A stretch of 64,000 bases of DNA, taken from assembly GCF_006345805.1 (NCBI RefSeq), contig NC_043014.1:14012001-14076000 (forward strand), given 5' to 3'. The position numbers and the translations under genes were made by a program. Source of the stretch: Octopus sinensis (taxonomy: Eukaryota). Positions 13,511-27,432 of the stretch are shown here, one piece after another. How positions within the stretch are numbered: the first letter of the stretch is position 1; each line of letters opens with the position of its first letter. A model generated the notes under the pieces. That model had not been told where the DNA came from. It worked only from the letters and a program-made list of their open reading frames with translations, and made no database searches.

Positions 13511-14109
13511 CTGCAGGGATTGATTCAGTCAAATACTATCCTCCTCTTCTTCCAGAATTTATCCTTGAGTTAAAAAAGAAATCAATATGCTACAGTAACC
13601 TGTTCCTCTTTCCATAATTTGAACCAAGATAGACAAAGAAACCAAGCTAAATATTATAACAGACTTAGTCTGAAATTTTACTGTCACAGTTCAGCAAAAT
13701 ACAAAGCACATGGAGAGACACTTATTGAAAATACATTAAAATCAGTTACAGGCTGGCAGTGAAAAAAAAGAAATATGGTTTGCTGTTGATAAAAGAATTT
13801 CCAAAATAACAAATTGACATCTCTGCTGAGTCTTTTTTTTCTTCCAATGACAATAAAAGATAAATTCACTTTGCATAAAAAGCAAACACAGTCAAGCTTA
13901 AAGAAATATGAAAACAGGTTTTCAACAAAATATACAGTAGATATTAAAATTATGATAGCAGATTTAAACTTAATAGCAGGTGCAGGCCACAGAAAGCCAG
14001 GGTAAAACACTAAGCTAAATATAACTACTTAATAGGAGCAATTTCCCAAACCCCAAAGACTTCTGGAGCCAATGTTGATATTTAAGCAATAATAAATCTC
14101 TGAATGAGG

Positions 14110-14499
14110 TATAAACAGTAACTGCACGACAATGTGGGGTATACTTGCCATCTCAATATGGCTAACCACTAAGGGTGGGTGTTACTGTAGCTTGTAGCCC
14201 CAGGAGATCATCGTCTCCAGCTGGCTTTAGGTACACTTTCTGTGCCCTTATGGTATTTGCAAAGGGAGGTCATCTCTCCCTCGTCAACCTAAGTGATAAG
14301 GGCACAGAAACTACAGTCCGTGCGTATCACTTAGGTTGACGAGGGAGGGATGACTTCCCTTTGCAAATACCATAAGGGCACAGAAAGTGTGCCTAAAGCC
14401 AGCTGGAGACGATGATCTCCTGGAGCTAAAAGCTACAGTAACTCCCACCCTTAGTGGTTAGCCATATTGAGATGGCTAGTATACCTCACATTGTTTATA
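14110..14499. mobile_element. Fold-back (palindromic) MITE
   Basis: Arms 14129-14298 and 14325-14494 are near-perfect reverse complements around a 26-nt loop; outer TATAAACA/TGTTTATA suggests TA-flanked termini. Confidence 0.85.
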
Positions 14500-14630
14500 T
14501 TTAGTTTTCTTGCTTAGCTTTAGATCAGCCCTGATTAATCAGACCTATGTTTAAAAGCATTTCATTATCTAATGTGTCTGTAGGAAGTGAGGTTGGCACT
14601 GGATGGGTGCCTCACAATTCCTTACATAGT

Positions 14631-15021
14631 TGTGGAAAGGAAACTAGTGGGAACAAGAATCTCCAAACAAATAACAATAATAATTTATTTCGCCTGAATA
14701 AACATTTCTTTCATCTCTAGACATCAGTAGCCTGGACGCCTTGGTGTGCGAGAAGCAGCAGGGTTGGTAGTTAGACACAAAAATACAAAGGTATTTTCAC
14801 AGACTCGCAACATCGCTTGTGGCTAGAATTCCAGCTCCACGGAGCTGGTCTAAGTTGCGTCCTGTCTGGTCAGAAGCCAGGGTTGAAGAGAGAGAATAGC
14901 GGTCGAGCCTAGCTGCTGCTGATGATTGAGCATGCACATAAGGGGCTTCCGGAAGGCTCTGATCCCTGCGCATGCGTGGATGAAAATCTCAAAATGGCAT
15001 CTGGAACCAGGCGTCACTACA
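14631..15021 (-). mobile_element. Probable solo LTR (Ty3/Gypsy-like)
   Basis: On the minus strand starts TGTAGTGACG and ends TTTCCACA; AATAAA near the 3' end (plus TTTATT 14684-14689); GC/CpG-rich. No clear TSD. Confidence 0.55.
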
Positions 15022-16258
15022 TGTCCTTCCTATTTTAAGACAATGTAGTGTAATCTGAATGGAAATTTGACTGCTATTTCTAAAAAGTTGAGCAACAGCA
15101 TAGAGGTAACTTTAGTGGCTTGAAGTTTTAGGTATAATGTAAACAGAAAACTGTTTTCTGAGGAGACTAGAGTACCAATCAATACAATGCCTGACTCCAA
15201 ATGCAAATTCACAACAACCAAGTCTTGAAATTTTTTTCCATTATAGCCTCAAAGATGATAAACATTAACAAACTTAAAAAAGCTACTGCATGACATTTTT
15301 TCAAGATTAGTTTGCCAAAGAGTTTGAAAACTTGAAAATTGTATAAAGAGAAAGCATCAAGCAAAAACAAAAATAATTTCTTTGATTGAAAGAGAAAGAT
15401 TTAAATAAAAACAAAAACTGGTGAAAATTACTTTAAAAAAATAAAATAATAAATAAGAGAAATTTTAATATTGTAGAAAACACACCAGCACAAATGGTAA
15501 AGCAGTGGAGTGAATTATTGGCAGTATTTAATTCTGTCACTCAACACTCAGAGTTCTAACCCTGTTCAGTTTGATAAAACAGGAGACAAGTGTATACTGT
15601 GGCCAATTGAGTCATCTACATCCTTTCTTTTACAAAAGTTTAAACTTTGAACAGATATAAAAAAAATGTCCTAAATATTGGAGATGTTTTGTTTTTTATT
15701 ACTTGGTCAATATTATTTTTAAGTGAAAAATATTGAGTTTATATTTCCGCAGAGAAATGAAAGCTAAAGTCAACCAATGTAAAATTAGAATTCTAAACTA
15801 AGACTACTATAAAACACTCAATACATGAATTTACTACCTCATTCAAGCTCCATAATGAAATATAATCCAGGACAAATTCTCCAACAAACTTGGGACCAAA
15901 AGGTAACCCAGATTTCATGATTCTACTAATATTTAACAGATACAATTAATACACTTTTAAAGCAGATCATGTTTAATCATTAACAATCCACTTGAAGTAA
16001 AGAGCAAAATGATTTAATGCAGCATATGCAAATTAACCAACTTCAAAAACAGGGTTCATTTACTCAATGCAGGTATGGTATAATGCATAATGATGCACAA
16101 TATTCCCAGATTTCTAGAAGCCAGACAAGAGTCCTATGTATGAAGTAATTTATGTTAGAACAAATAACTAACAAAATGGCTTCATACAAATCTTAGAGAG
16201 GCTCTTTCTTTTTATATATATATATATTATATATATATATATAATATATATATATATA

Positions 16259-16623
16259 CTAGCACTATGACCCAGCAACACCGGGTCATAGTGCTAGTGC
16301 ATGCATATACAGCTGTGTGCATGCGCACATACGTGCGAGTACTGTCTAAATCTCTGACCAATCACATACAGCTAGCTGGCAATTCAATTGGCATATAAAG
16401 TTTCGGGCATTTAGATTGGGTTTTGGATATAAAATTCACAAAAAAGTCATTTATATTGATTTTTTAATGGCTTTGTGGGGTGACTGGGGAAATGTAAATA
16501 TGTGCACGATCCCCCTTGGACGGTTTTGAATGACCATAGAAAGTGTGAGCCCTCTAACTGAAAAATTGTGGATTTGTATAAAGGAAACACATGCAGACAT
16601 TTTGCTGTTTATATATAGAGAGA
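16259..16623 (-). mobile_element. Non-autonomous Helitron
   Basis: Minus strand A|TCTCTCTATATATAAAC … CTAG|T; perfect 15-bp stem CTAGCACTATGACCC/GGGTCATAGTGCTAG at the 3' end; inserted at an AT dinucleotide. Confidence 0.8.
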
Positions 16624-17065
16624 TAAACAATGATTATTGAATTACAAGTACAAAGATAAAACAAACCAACATGAGAGATAGAGTTTGCTCAAATTATACC
16701 AACCTTCCTAAAAAAGGAAGGATACATCAGACATTATAGTTTCTACTAAACCAAATAACAAGATGGTCACAGCTGGAATACCTTTCATTATAGACCTGGA
16801 ACTAAACAACAACAAAAATAATTCAAAAGCTATTTGCAAAACTTAGCTTGCTTTTATGTTTTGGGTTTCATTTGAAAGTTGTAATTTAGAATGATATGAC
16901 ATATCACAATCTGTTACAACATCAAAAGGTCCAACCACACTTCCAATAACCAAAGTTTCATGGCTGCTTCAACTGAAAAAGGATTCCAGCTTTGACTCAG
17001 TGATTTGAACTCTTCTACACTGGTTTGTCACAAAACAATTAAATACCATCATCATCATCATTTAA

Positions 17066-17285
17066 CTCTTTAGTATTTAAACTGGCCGTATCCAACCCAA
17101 ATATCCTACTTACTTTATGTTCAAACCAGCCAGATCCAGCCTCTCACACCTACCTTACAATGTAATTCTAAAACTATGCAATCACATCATTGAAATCTCA
17201 AAGCTATGAGATAATGAATGATTAATCCAAAACAATATCAATAAAAAAGCATTATATTTGATACAGAAATCTGAATGCTAAAGGG
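17066..17285. mobile_element. piggyBac-like MITE
   Basis: TTAA|CTCTTTTAGTATT … AATGCTAAAGGG|TTAA. Related copies at ~1530-1728 and ~27015-27666; the latter is interrupted by a SINE. Confidence 0.65.
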
Positions 17286-18684
17286 TTAATGTCTCTTTTC
17301 CCATGTTGGTATGGGTTGGATGGTTCAACATGAAATGAGGGCTGCATTGATCTCCAAAATCTGCTTTAGCATGGTTTCTATAGCTGGATGCCCTGTCTAA
17401 TGCTAACCACTTAACAAAGTGTACTGGGTGCTTTTTGTGCATATTCACCAGAGTATAAGACACATCCCTACTTTACATGGCCGATGCCAGTATCGCATAA
17501 CTGGCACCTGTGCTGGTGGCACGTAAAAAGCACCCTTCGAACTTTGGACTTCACAGAGGCAGTGACAAGTGGCTGAGACCTTTGACAATATGCCATGCTT
17601 GAGAAGACTTGTCAAGCCAGGTGAAATCATAGTTGTGGCTGATGCTGGTGTTTCGCAACTAGCACCCATACCAGTGGCATGTAAAAAGCACTCCCTACAC
17701 TCTTGAAGTGTTTAGTGTTAGGAAGGGTATCCAGCTGTAGAAACCATGCCAGATTAGACTGGAACTTAGTACAGTTTCCCAGCTTACAAGTTTACAGTCA
17801 AACCGCCCAACCCATTCCAGCATGGAAAATGGACTTTAAATGATGATGATGATAATGATGTTGATGATTTTGTGGGAAATAAATTATATTTCATCATATG
17901 CTTGTTCAAAAATATTGTAAAGTGTTTTTGTAAAGGGGAAAATGTATGATTCTACACATTTAAATATAATGCTGTAACAGTATGTTGCAATAAAGCATAA
18001 AACCATAATTTTTTTTCATAAATAAACTGCATTACGAGAGTACTGTATTTTCTTTCATATCAACTCTATAGTTGTTTATATTTTGGTCAAGTGAATTGCC
18101 ATACAATATGTGAAGCTCATCTTTTCAGCTATGATGTTTTGTGTTATCATAATCAGCTACCTGGGTTGGTTAACCATTGCTATGGTTTTGCTGTCCTCCA
18201 CTCATTGAAAATGGTTAGCAGGCAGGCAGATGAAAATTTAACATTCATCCTTCTAAGAGAAGTCTTCATTTAGATCACAGTTCCTCAACCATCTTTTACC
18301 AATGGAACCCTTTGACTGTCCCTCACCACTATTTGACAACCAGTGTTGGTTTATATACATCCATGTTACTTTAGCAGTTCAGCAAAAGAGACCAAGAATA
18401 AATAACAGGCTTAAAAATAGTGGGGTCAATTTATTTGACTAAACCAGTGGTTCTAACCACTTTTTACCTATGGACTCCTTTGATTCCTGTCTCTGACTGT
18501 CCTAATCTAGCAGTTCAGCAAAAGAGACCAACAGAATAAGTAATAGGCCTAAAAAAATACCTATGGACCCCTTTAATTTCTGTTCTACTCAGGTGGACCC
18601 ACTTAGCCATTCAATGTTTTAAAAATCCTATTATATTTTCATAATAAAATATTAGGAATTGTATAAAAAGAAATTGTTAGAATA

Positions 18685-19087
18685 GGAGCAGGAGTGGCTG
18701 TGTGGTAAGTAGCTTGCTTACCAACCACAAGGTTCCAGGTTCATTCCCACTGCGTGGCACCTTAGGCAAATGTCTTCTACTATAGCCTCGGGCCAACCAA
18801 AGCCTAGTGAGTGGATTTGATAGACAGAAACTGAAAGAAGCCCATCATATATATATATATGTATGTGTGTGTGTATATGCTTTTGTGTCTGTGTTTGTCC
18901 CCCCAACATCGCTTGACAACCGATGGTGGTGTGTTTACATCCCTGTAACTTAACAGTTCGACAAAAGAGACCGATAGAATAAGTACTAGGCTTACAAAGA
19001 ATAAGTCCTGGGGTTGATTTGCTCAACTAAAAGGCGGTGCTCCAGCATGGCCGCAGTCAAATGACTGAAACAAGTAAAAGAGTAAAG
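18685..19087 (+). mobile_element. SINE family 1
   Basis: Full-length match to the other copies. Confidence 0.9.
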
Positions 19088-19505
19088 AAAGTATATTTTG
19101 TGTATAGCAGATAAATCTTAACAACAAAATCTTATACAGATCTCTAAGGGCTATATGAACCCCAGCTGAGGACTGATTTAGATAATTAGAAAAATGCTTT
19201 TTAAATGTAACAGAGTCTTTAAATGATGTAAGGCCTATATTGATAGAAGAGTTGGGTATGCTGAGAAAGAGGGTACAGTGATTCTTCCCCCACATAACTA
19301 CCAACATACCATATGCAAGTTTTTGTAAGTTTGTGCCAACAGCCTGTAATATCTTGGCTTGGCAAGTATTCACTGTTTTATTATTAGTAACAATTTTTGT
19401 GCCTTATGGACTTAAGCTCATTTGGTACACTAGCCTGCAACACTCAGTTTCCTATCTGAGAATGAATTTATTAATCAATGAAACTACTAATTTCTAAAAC
19501 ATATA

Positions 19506-19704
19506 CTCTTTTACTCTTTTACTTGTTTCAGTCATTTGACTGCGGCCATGCTGGAACACCGCCTTTAGTCAAGCAAATCAACCCCAGGATTTATTTTTTG
19601 TAAGCCTAGTACTTACTCTATCGGTCTCTTCTGCCGAACCGCTAAGTTACGGGGACGTAAACACACCACCATCAGTTATCAAGCGATGTTCAGGGGGGAT
19701 AAAC

Positions 19705-19768
<64 letters not shown>

Positions 19769-19947
19769 ACACACACACATATACGACAAGCTTCTTTCAG
19801 TTTCTGTCTATCAAATCCACTCACAAGACTTTGGTCGGCCTGAGGCTATAGTAGAAGACACTTGCCCAAGGTGCCACACAGTGGGACTGAACCCAGAACT
19901 ATGTGGTTGGTAAGCAAGCTACTTACCACACAGCCACTCCTGCGCCT
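19506..19947 (-). mobile_element. SINE family 1
   Basis: Full-length reverse copy. Confidence 0.9.
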
Positions 19948-21165
19948 ATCTTCAAAATTAGAATGTTTTTTCAAATACAATGGAAGATGAAACAATTTCT
20001 TTTATTGTTTCACATTTAGATTTGTATACACTAACATCAAAACTAACGTACAGTACCAATATTGGTAATGCTATCAGGAAACGTATATTACATATAAAAC
20101 ATAATCCTTTCTACTGTAGGCACAAGGGCTGAAATTTGATGGAAGGGGCTGGTTGAGTACATCAACCTCAGTGCTAAACTAGTTCTTATTTCATTGACCG
20201 TGAAAAAATAAAAGGCAAAGTTGACCTTGGTGGTATTTGAACTCAGAATGTAGAGCTAGAAGAAATGCCACTAAGCATTTTGTCCAGCGTACTAATGATT
20301 CTGCCAGCTCACCACCTTATATATATATCTACTCGGATGATGTAATTATTAAACTTCTTCATTTAGAATAACACATATTTGAAAAAGTATGTACAGAATT
20401 TCAAATACCATGAAAGATAGAAAATCATTTCTTTCTATGTTTGATGCTTAAATTCGTTTATACTTCTACGATATTCAGGTGTGATGCTCTTTGAATTAGA
20501 CTAATTTTATATTTGAAATATATGCAAATATAATCCTTTGATTATGACAATAAGGGTTCCGGTTGATCTGATCAAGAGAATAGCCTGCTCGGGAAATTAA
20601 TGTAAGTGGCCTAGCACTCCACAGACACAGGTACCCTTAACATAGTTCTCGGGAGATTCAGCATGACACAGAATCTGACACAGTTGGTCCTTTGAAATAC
20701 AGGTACTACTCATTTTTGCCAGATGAGTAGACTGGAGTAATGGGAAATAAAGTGTCTTGCTCAAGGACACAATGAGCTGCTGGGAATCGATTTCATGAGC
20801 TTACAATCATGAGCCAAATATATATATATATATATTCGTGCTATCGTTATTGTTTTTTCGTATTTTTGAATTTTTTTTCGAGTAACATCGTCTGTTTTTC
20901 CGTCACTGTGTTGTATACTTTCGAGGTTTTCTTCCAAGGAATCTAATGCGATTGGCTTAGATTTCCTTTGGTGGCTGCCCAGATTGGAGCAATCTCAAGA
21001 TTAATCAGCCGAAATTGCGAAGATGATCTGGTTCTTGACTGATGACTGAGAGCTTCGAAAGTCCCGTCTGTGTGTTTTTTTGTCGTCTTCTAAATGTTTC
21101 ACGTTCTTGTCCCAGTTTGTGTTTTTTTACTTTTACATATATATATATATATATATTTATATATT

Positions 21166-21221
<56 letters not shown>

Positions 21222-21228
21222 AATATAT

Positions 21229-21633
21229 ACTCTTTACTCTTTTACTTGTTTTAGTCATTTGACTGTGGCCATACTGGAGCACTGCCTTTAGTCAAGCACA
21301 TCGACCCCAGGACTTATTCTTTGTAAGCTTAGTACTTATTCTATCAGTCTCTTTTGCTGAAGCGCTAAGTTACGGGGACGTAAACACACCAGCATCGGTT
21401 GTCAAGTGATGTTGGGGGGACAAATACAGACACACAAACATATACACACATACATACATATACATATATACGACAGGCTTCTTTCAGCTTTCATCTGCCA
21501 AATCCACTCACAAGGCTTTGGTTGGTCCAAGGCTATAGTAGAAGACACTTGTCCAGGGTGACACACAGTGGGACTGAACCTGAAACCATGTAGTTCGTAA
21601 GCAAGCTACTTACCACACAGCCACTCCTATGCC

Positions 21634-21634
<1 letters not shown>
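21229..21634 (-). mobile_element. SINE family 1
   Basis: Full-length reverse copy with many CpG transitions. Confidence 0.9.
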
Positions 21635-21664
<30 letters not shown>

Positions 21665-23469
21665 GTATTTGAATAGTGGAAGATGGAAGATATAAGAATG
21701 TTTATTAATCACTACAACTGTTTCAACCCATCTAGTGTCGATCCTTCATGGGTGGCATACTTATCAACTGGTTCAGGAGTATCTGATGGAGTTGATGTGT
21801 CTCTTCGGGTGATTACAAGATGTATCTCATCAAAATAACAACTGTTCCACAAAATATCTTCTCAGTTTGTTTATACGAAAACAGCAAATTAAAAGATACA
21901 GCTTCATTTTTATATAGGATCAATAATAAATAACAGATGCAAAAAGTAAGAAATACACAATGCAGCAAAAAAAGTATTAAACATAACCATTAACAGATAT
22001 GGATATTTAAAAGCCTTCGCTTAGGTTGTATGGCGCACATACATTCGATCATACAAACATCCAAGAATATATAAGCACACACACACATGGTTTGGTGTAC
22101 ACATGCTCACACATTGAATTAAATATATCATCATCATCATCATTTAACGTCCGTTTTCCATGCTAGAATGGGTTGGATGGTTCGACTGGGATCTGGGAAG
22201 CCAGAAGGCTGCACCAGGCTCCAGTGTGATCTGGCAGTGTTTCTACAGCTGGATGCCTTTCCTAAAGCCAACCACTCCATGAGTGTAGTGGGTGCTTTTT
22301 ACGTGCCAGGCGAGGCTGGCAACGGCCACGATTGGTTGGTACTTTTTACGTGCCACCGGCACAGGGATCACAACTGCAATTTCCATTGATTTTTGATGTT
22401 GATGTACTTGACTCAATAGGTCTCCTCAACCACAGGGTTGAAACAGTGTTTCTTTACTTGCCACCTGCACAGGAGTCAGTCCAGCGACACTGGCAACTGC
22501 CGGGTGCCAGTCATAGGATTGTTTCAATTTAGACATTGGTCTGCTTGCCTAGCCATAGGGGTGGCATCATTCGAAATTTCAAACGATGCAAAGTGCATTG
22601 TGACTAGCAATGTATAATATCTGATGGTTTAATTGATCGTGTGATATATACATACATACATACCCAATGCACGTGTGCACATGCTTTTATATATATATAT
22701 ATATATATAACATGTGACCTCATGAGCACCGCCAGCAATTTTTTTTCCTCTGTCTTCCCTTCTCGGGATCTTTCCTTCTCCTTTGTTTCCGACGAAGAGC
22801 TCCGCTTGAAACGTTAATAATATTGAAACGTCCAATAATACTTTATTTGTTCCACGTCCTCGCGTTGCTGTGTTTTTTTGTGTTTTCTTGTTTGGATTAA
22901 CTATATATATATATATGCAGATGGTGGTGATGATGATGATGAGATATACACACCAATATGGATGAAGGCTTGGATAACGTAGGCAGATTTAATGATAAAG
23001 AACAGACATGTATGACCTTTCACGGATTTAATACATTATTTGGTAGTCTACAATAAAACTATTTTTAACAGACAGATAATAAAGATAAAAAATGGAATGC
23101 CAATCCAAATGCCATTTGTTTTTCTTTGTTTTAGTTGGAGATACATCTATATAAATAATATTATATAATCTAGACACAAGTGCTTGATTCATCTCTCTGG
23201 GATTATTAAAACTAGTTCAGGTCATAAATAGAGCACAAACAACACAAACCTCTTAAATGCATTGAGATTGAGGTCAAATTATTCCTCCTACACAGTTTCG
23301 TCTAATCTTTTGAGGTAACTGAAACTAGCACAGGTCATCATTCTGACGAAATAAGCTTGTTGCCTTTAGAAAGAAATCAGTATTGCATTCACATATTTTT
23401 ATCAGGATTCTTGTTTTTTATGCTTTGGTCCACAAAGTAATACATTGGGTGGAAACCATACAAACTATC

Positions 23470-24333
23470 AAGCATATATAATATATATATATATATATAT
23501 AATATTATAATATACATATATATATACACATACATATATATATACATACATATATATATATACATACATATAATACATACATATATAATACATACATATA
23601 TATATACACATACATATATATATACATACATATATATATACATACATATATATATACACATACATATATATATACATACATATATATATACATACACATA
23701 CATATATATACACATACATATATATACACATACATATATATATATACACATACATATATATATATACACATACATATATATATATATATATACATACATA
23801 TATATATATACACATACATATATATATATACACATACATATATATATATACACATACATATATATATATACACACATACATATATATATATACACACATA
23901 CATATATATATATACACACATACATATATATATACACACATATATATATACACACATATATATATATACACATATATATACACATATATATACACATACA
24001 TATATATATACACATACATATATATATACACATATATATATATATATACATACATATATATATACACATACATATATATATACACATATATATATATATA
24101 TACACACATACATATATATATACACATATATATATATATACACATATATATATATATACACATACATATATATATACACATATATATATATACACATATA
24201 TATATATATATACACATACAAATATATATATAATACACATACAAATATAATATATACACATACAAATTATATATTATATATATATATATATACACACATA
24301 TATATATATATATACACACACACATATATATAT

Positions 24334-24371
<38 letters not shown>

Positions 24372-24410
24372 CACACATATATATATATATAACACACATA
24401 CATATAATAT

Positions 24411-24467
<57 letters not shown>

Positions 24468-25353
24468 TATATATATACACACACACATATATATATACAC
24501 ATACATATATATATCCATACATATATATACATATATATATACATACATATATATATATATATACATACATATATATATATACACACATATATATATACAC
24601 ACATATATATATACACATATATATATATACACACATATACATACACACATATATATAAACATACATACATATACATACATACATATATATCCATACATAC
24701 ATATATATCCATACATACATATATATATCCATACATACATATATATATCCATAGATACATATATATATCCATACATACATATATATATTCATAGATACAT
24801 ATATATATCCATACATACATATATATATCCATACATACATATATATATCCATACATACATATATATATCCATAGATACATATATATCCATACATACATAT
24901 ATATATATCCATACATATATATATACATACATATATACATATACACACATATATACATATATATACATACATATATACATATATATACATACATATATAC
25001 ATATATATACATACATATATGCATATACATACATATATACATATATATACATACATATATATATATATATACATACATATATACATATATATACATACAT
25101 ATATACATATATATACATACATATACATATATATACATACATATACAAACATCTACATACATACATACACATACATATACATATAAACATACATATACAC
25201 ATACATATACATATATACACATACATATACATATATACATACATATACATATATACATACATATACATATATACATACATATACATATATACATACATAT
25301 ACATATATACATACATATACATATATACATACATATTATATATATATATATAT

Positions 25354-25385
<32 letters not shown>
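23470..25385. repeat. ~1.9-kb compound (TA)n/(CA)n/(TACA)n microsatellite
   Basis: Almost continuous purine-pyrimidine alternation; source of the long Y/I/C/M/V ORFs. Confidence 0.98.
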
Positions 25386-25419
25386 TCATCATTGTTATTA
25401 TGATCATCATGTATGAAGC

Positions 25420-25830
25420 ATGATCTTCAAACGTTGGGCCTCACGGAGGCAATAACAAGTGACCAAGATCTTTGGCAATATGCCATGCTTGAGAAGACCC
25501 GTCAGGCCAAGTAAAATCACAGTCATGGTCGATGCCTGTGTCTCATAACTGGCACATAAAAAGCACCCTTTGAACGTTGGATGATATGCTGTGCTTGAGA
25601 AAACCCATCAAGCCAAGTATGATCATAGTTGTGGCCAATGCCAGTGTTACATAACTGGCATCTGTGCTGATGTCATATAAAAAGCACCCACTACACTCTT
25701 GGAGTGGTTGGCATTAGGAAGGGCATCCAGCCATAGAAACCATGCCAAATCAGATTGGAACCCGGTGCAGCTCCCCAGCCCATGCTGGCATGGAAAGCAG
25801 ATTCTAAATAATGATGATGATCATCATCAT
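25420..25830 (+). mobile_element. RTE-clade LINE 3' end
   Basis: KHDLQTLGLTEAITSDQDLWQYAMLEKTRQAK*, 3' UTR, (GAT)n tail. Similar ends at ~17460-17860(+), 50660-51090(+), 59925-60225(+), 22125-22510(-), 48145-48430(-), 3490-3700(-), 9160-9360(-). Confidence 0.82.
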
Positions 25831-25834
25831 CATC

Positions 25835-26960
25835 ACTTAATGTCCATCTTCCATGCCTGCATGGGTAGGATGGTTGACAGGACCTGGCCATGTAGAAAAA
25901 CTATCTTAGCCTACTGTATCTGTTTTGGCAAGGATTTTGTAGCTGGATGACCTTCCTAACACCAACTACTCTGCAGAGTGGACTCAGTGCTTTTTACATA
26001 GCACTAGCACAGGTGAGGTTAGTTTTGGTATGATATTTTTTACAGCTGGATGCCCTTCTAAATGCCAACCATGTTAGTGTGGACTGGATGCTTTTAACAT
26101 GGCACCAGCACTAGCAGGGTAACCAAGTAACTTGCAAGACAAGGAATTATGAGAGAGGCAGAAGCATGTGAGGAAGAGAACTTCTGTCAGAGGATGAAAG
26201 ATTAGAGTGTGACAAAGAGACAGAGAGACAGAAGTAGGTGTCTTGTTACAACAGAGGGGGCATTAGAGGAGGTAACCTAATATCAGATGATGAAAGGTTA
26301 GAATTTAACAGAGAAATAGAGAGGCAGAAATAGGTGTCTTGCTATAGGGGGGAAGGGGTACATGGTTCCCTAGTGTGATAGAGAGAGAGAGAAACAAAAG
26401 ATAGAGAGTGAGAGAGAGGTACAAGAAAGAGGCCAGAAACAAGTGTGCTGATGTAAAGGAAATACTTGGTTATCTAGTCAGAGGAAAAACAAGGAGGGGA
26501 AGAGAGAGAGAGAGTACGAAACAGCAAAAGTATAAGTGAGAGCAGAAGAAAGTTGAAGTAGTGCTAGGGTTTACTCACAAGTAACAAGAATCTGAGCATA
26601 GAACCTGGGTAGAAAATAGGGTGTGGGTAGGGGTGGAGGAAGCAGCGATACAGTAAGCAGGGTAGTGAGGGTAAGAAAGGGGATTGGAAAGCACTTATAG
26701 TTTATGAAGAAGAAATGTGAGGAAGAGAAAGATGCAGTTTAGAAGAGGAGTTGTAGTTCAGTTTCTTAGGGTAGAGTGGGTGGAAAGTGTGTTGTTACAT
26801 GTGGGTGGGACACAACTCTTTTAGCACTCAGTTTCATGGACGGGTCTTCTTTAGAACCTCATATTGCCAAACATCTCAGTCCACTGTCATTTCCTCCGAG
26901 AGCCCCAGCATCCTCAGAACTTATCGATAATACAGAAAATGCACCCAATAACTATACCTA
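25835..26960 (-). mobile_element. Older RTE-clade LINE 3' portion with long purine-rich (plus-strand) UTR
   Basis: LRMLGLSEEMTVD*DVWQYEVLKKTRP on the minus strand at ~26.85-26.93 kb; (CAT)n tail at ~25.83 kb. Confidence 0.65.
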
Positions 26961-27168
26961 CACCGGTGGCTACTATTCCGCTAAGAAGGAAATCATAGAT
27001 CTGATTAATGAAAATATGAACCCATCAGTATTTAAGCCAGCTATGTCTAGACTAAATATCCTACCTGTTTTATGTTCAAACCAGCCAGATCTGGTCTCTT
27101 ATACTTATCCTACAATGTCATTCTAAAAATAAATAATTACATCATCAAAACCTCAAAGTTATGAGATA

Positions 27169-27382
27169 CTCTTTTACTCTTTTACTTGTTTCAGTCATTT
27201 GACTGTGGCCATGCTGGAGCACCGCCTTTAGTCGAGCAAATCGACCCCGGGACTTATTCTTTGTAAGCCTAGTACTTATTCTATCGGTCTCTTTTGCCGA
27301 ACCGCTAAGTGACGGGGACGTAAACACACCAGCATCGGTTGTCAAGCAATGCTAGGGGGACAAACACAGACACACAAACCCC

Positions 27383-27432
<50 letters not shown>

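Noticed and set aside
13520-13570. Apparent terminal exon DKFWKKRRIVFD* (minus)
   Set aside because: Abuts the RTE C-terminal relic, has a weak AAG acceptor and no upstream partner; unsupported.
21020-21075. CTGATGA…GAAA hammerhead-like spacing
   Set aside because: Stem II does not close (C…C) and there is no valid stem III/UH site.
23389-25382. ORFs of 169-620 aa rich in Y/I/C/M/V
   Set aside because: Translations of a TA/CA microsatellite; they lack stops only because of repeat composition.
26776-27126. 116-aa plus-strand ORF
   Set aside because: Antisense to an RTE 3' end, then runs into a piggyBac-like MITE.
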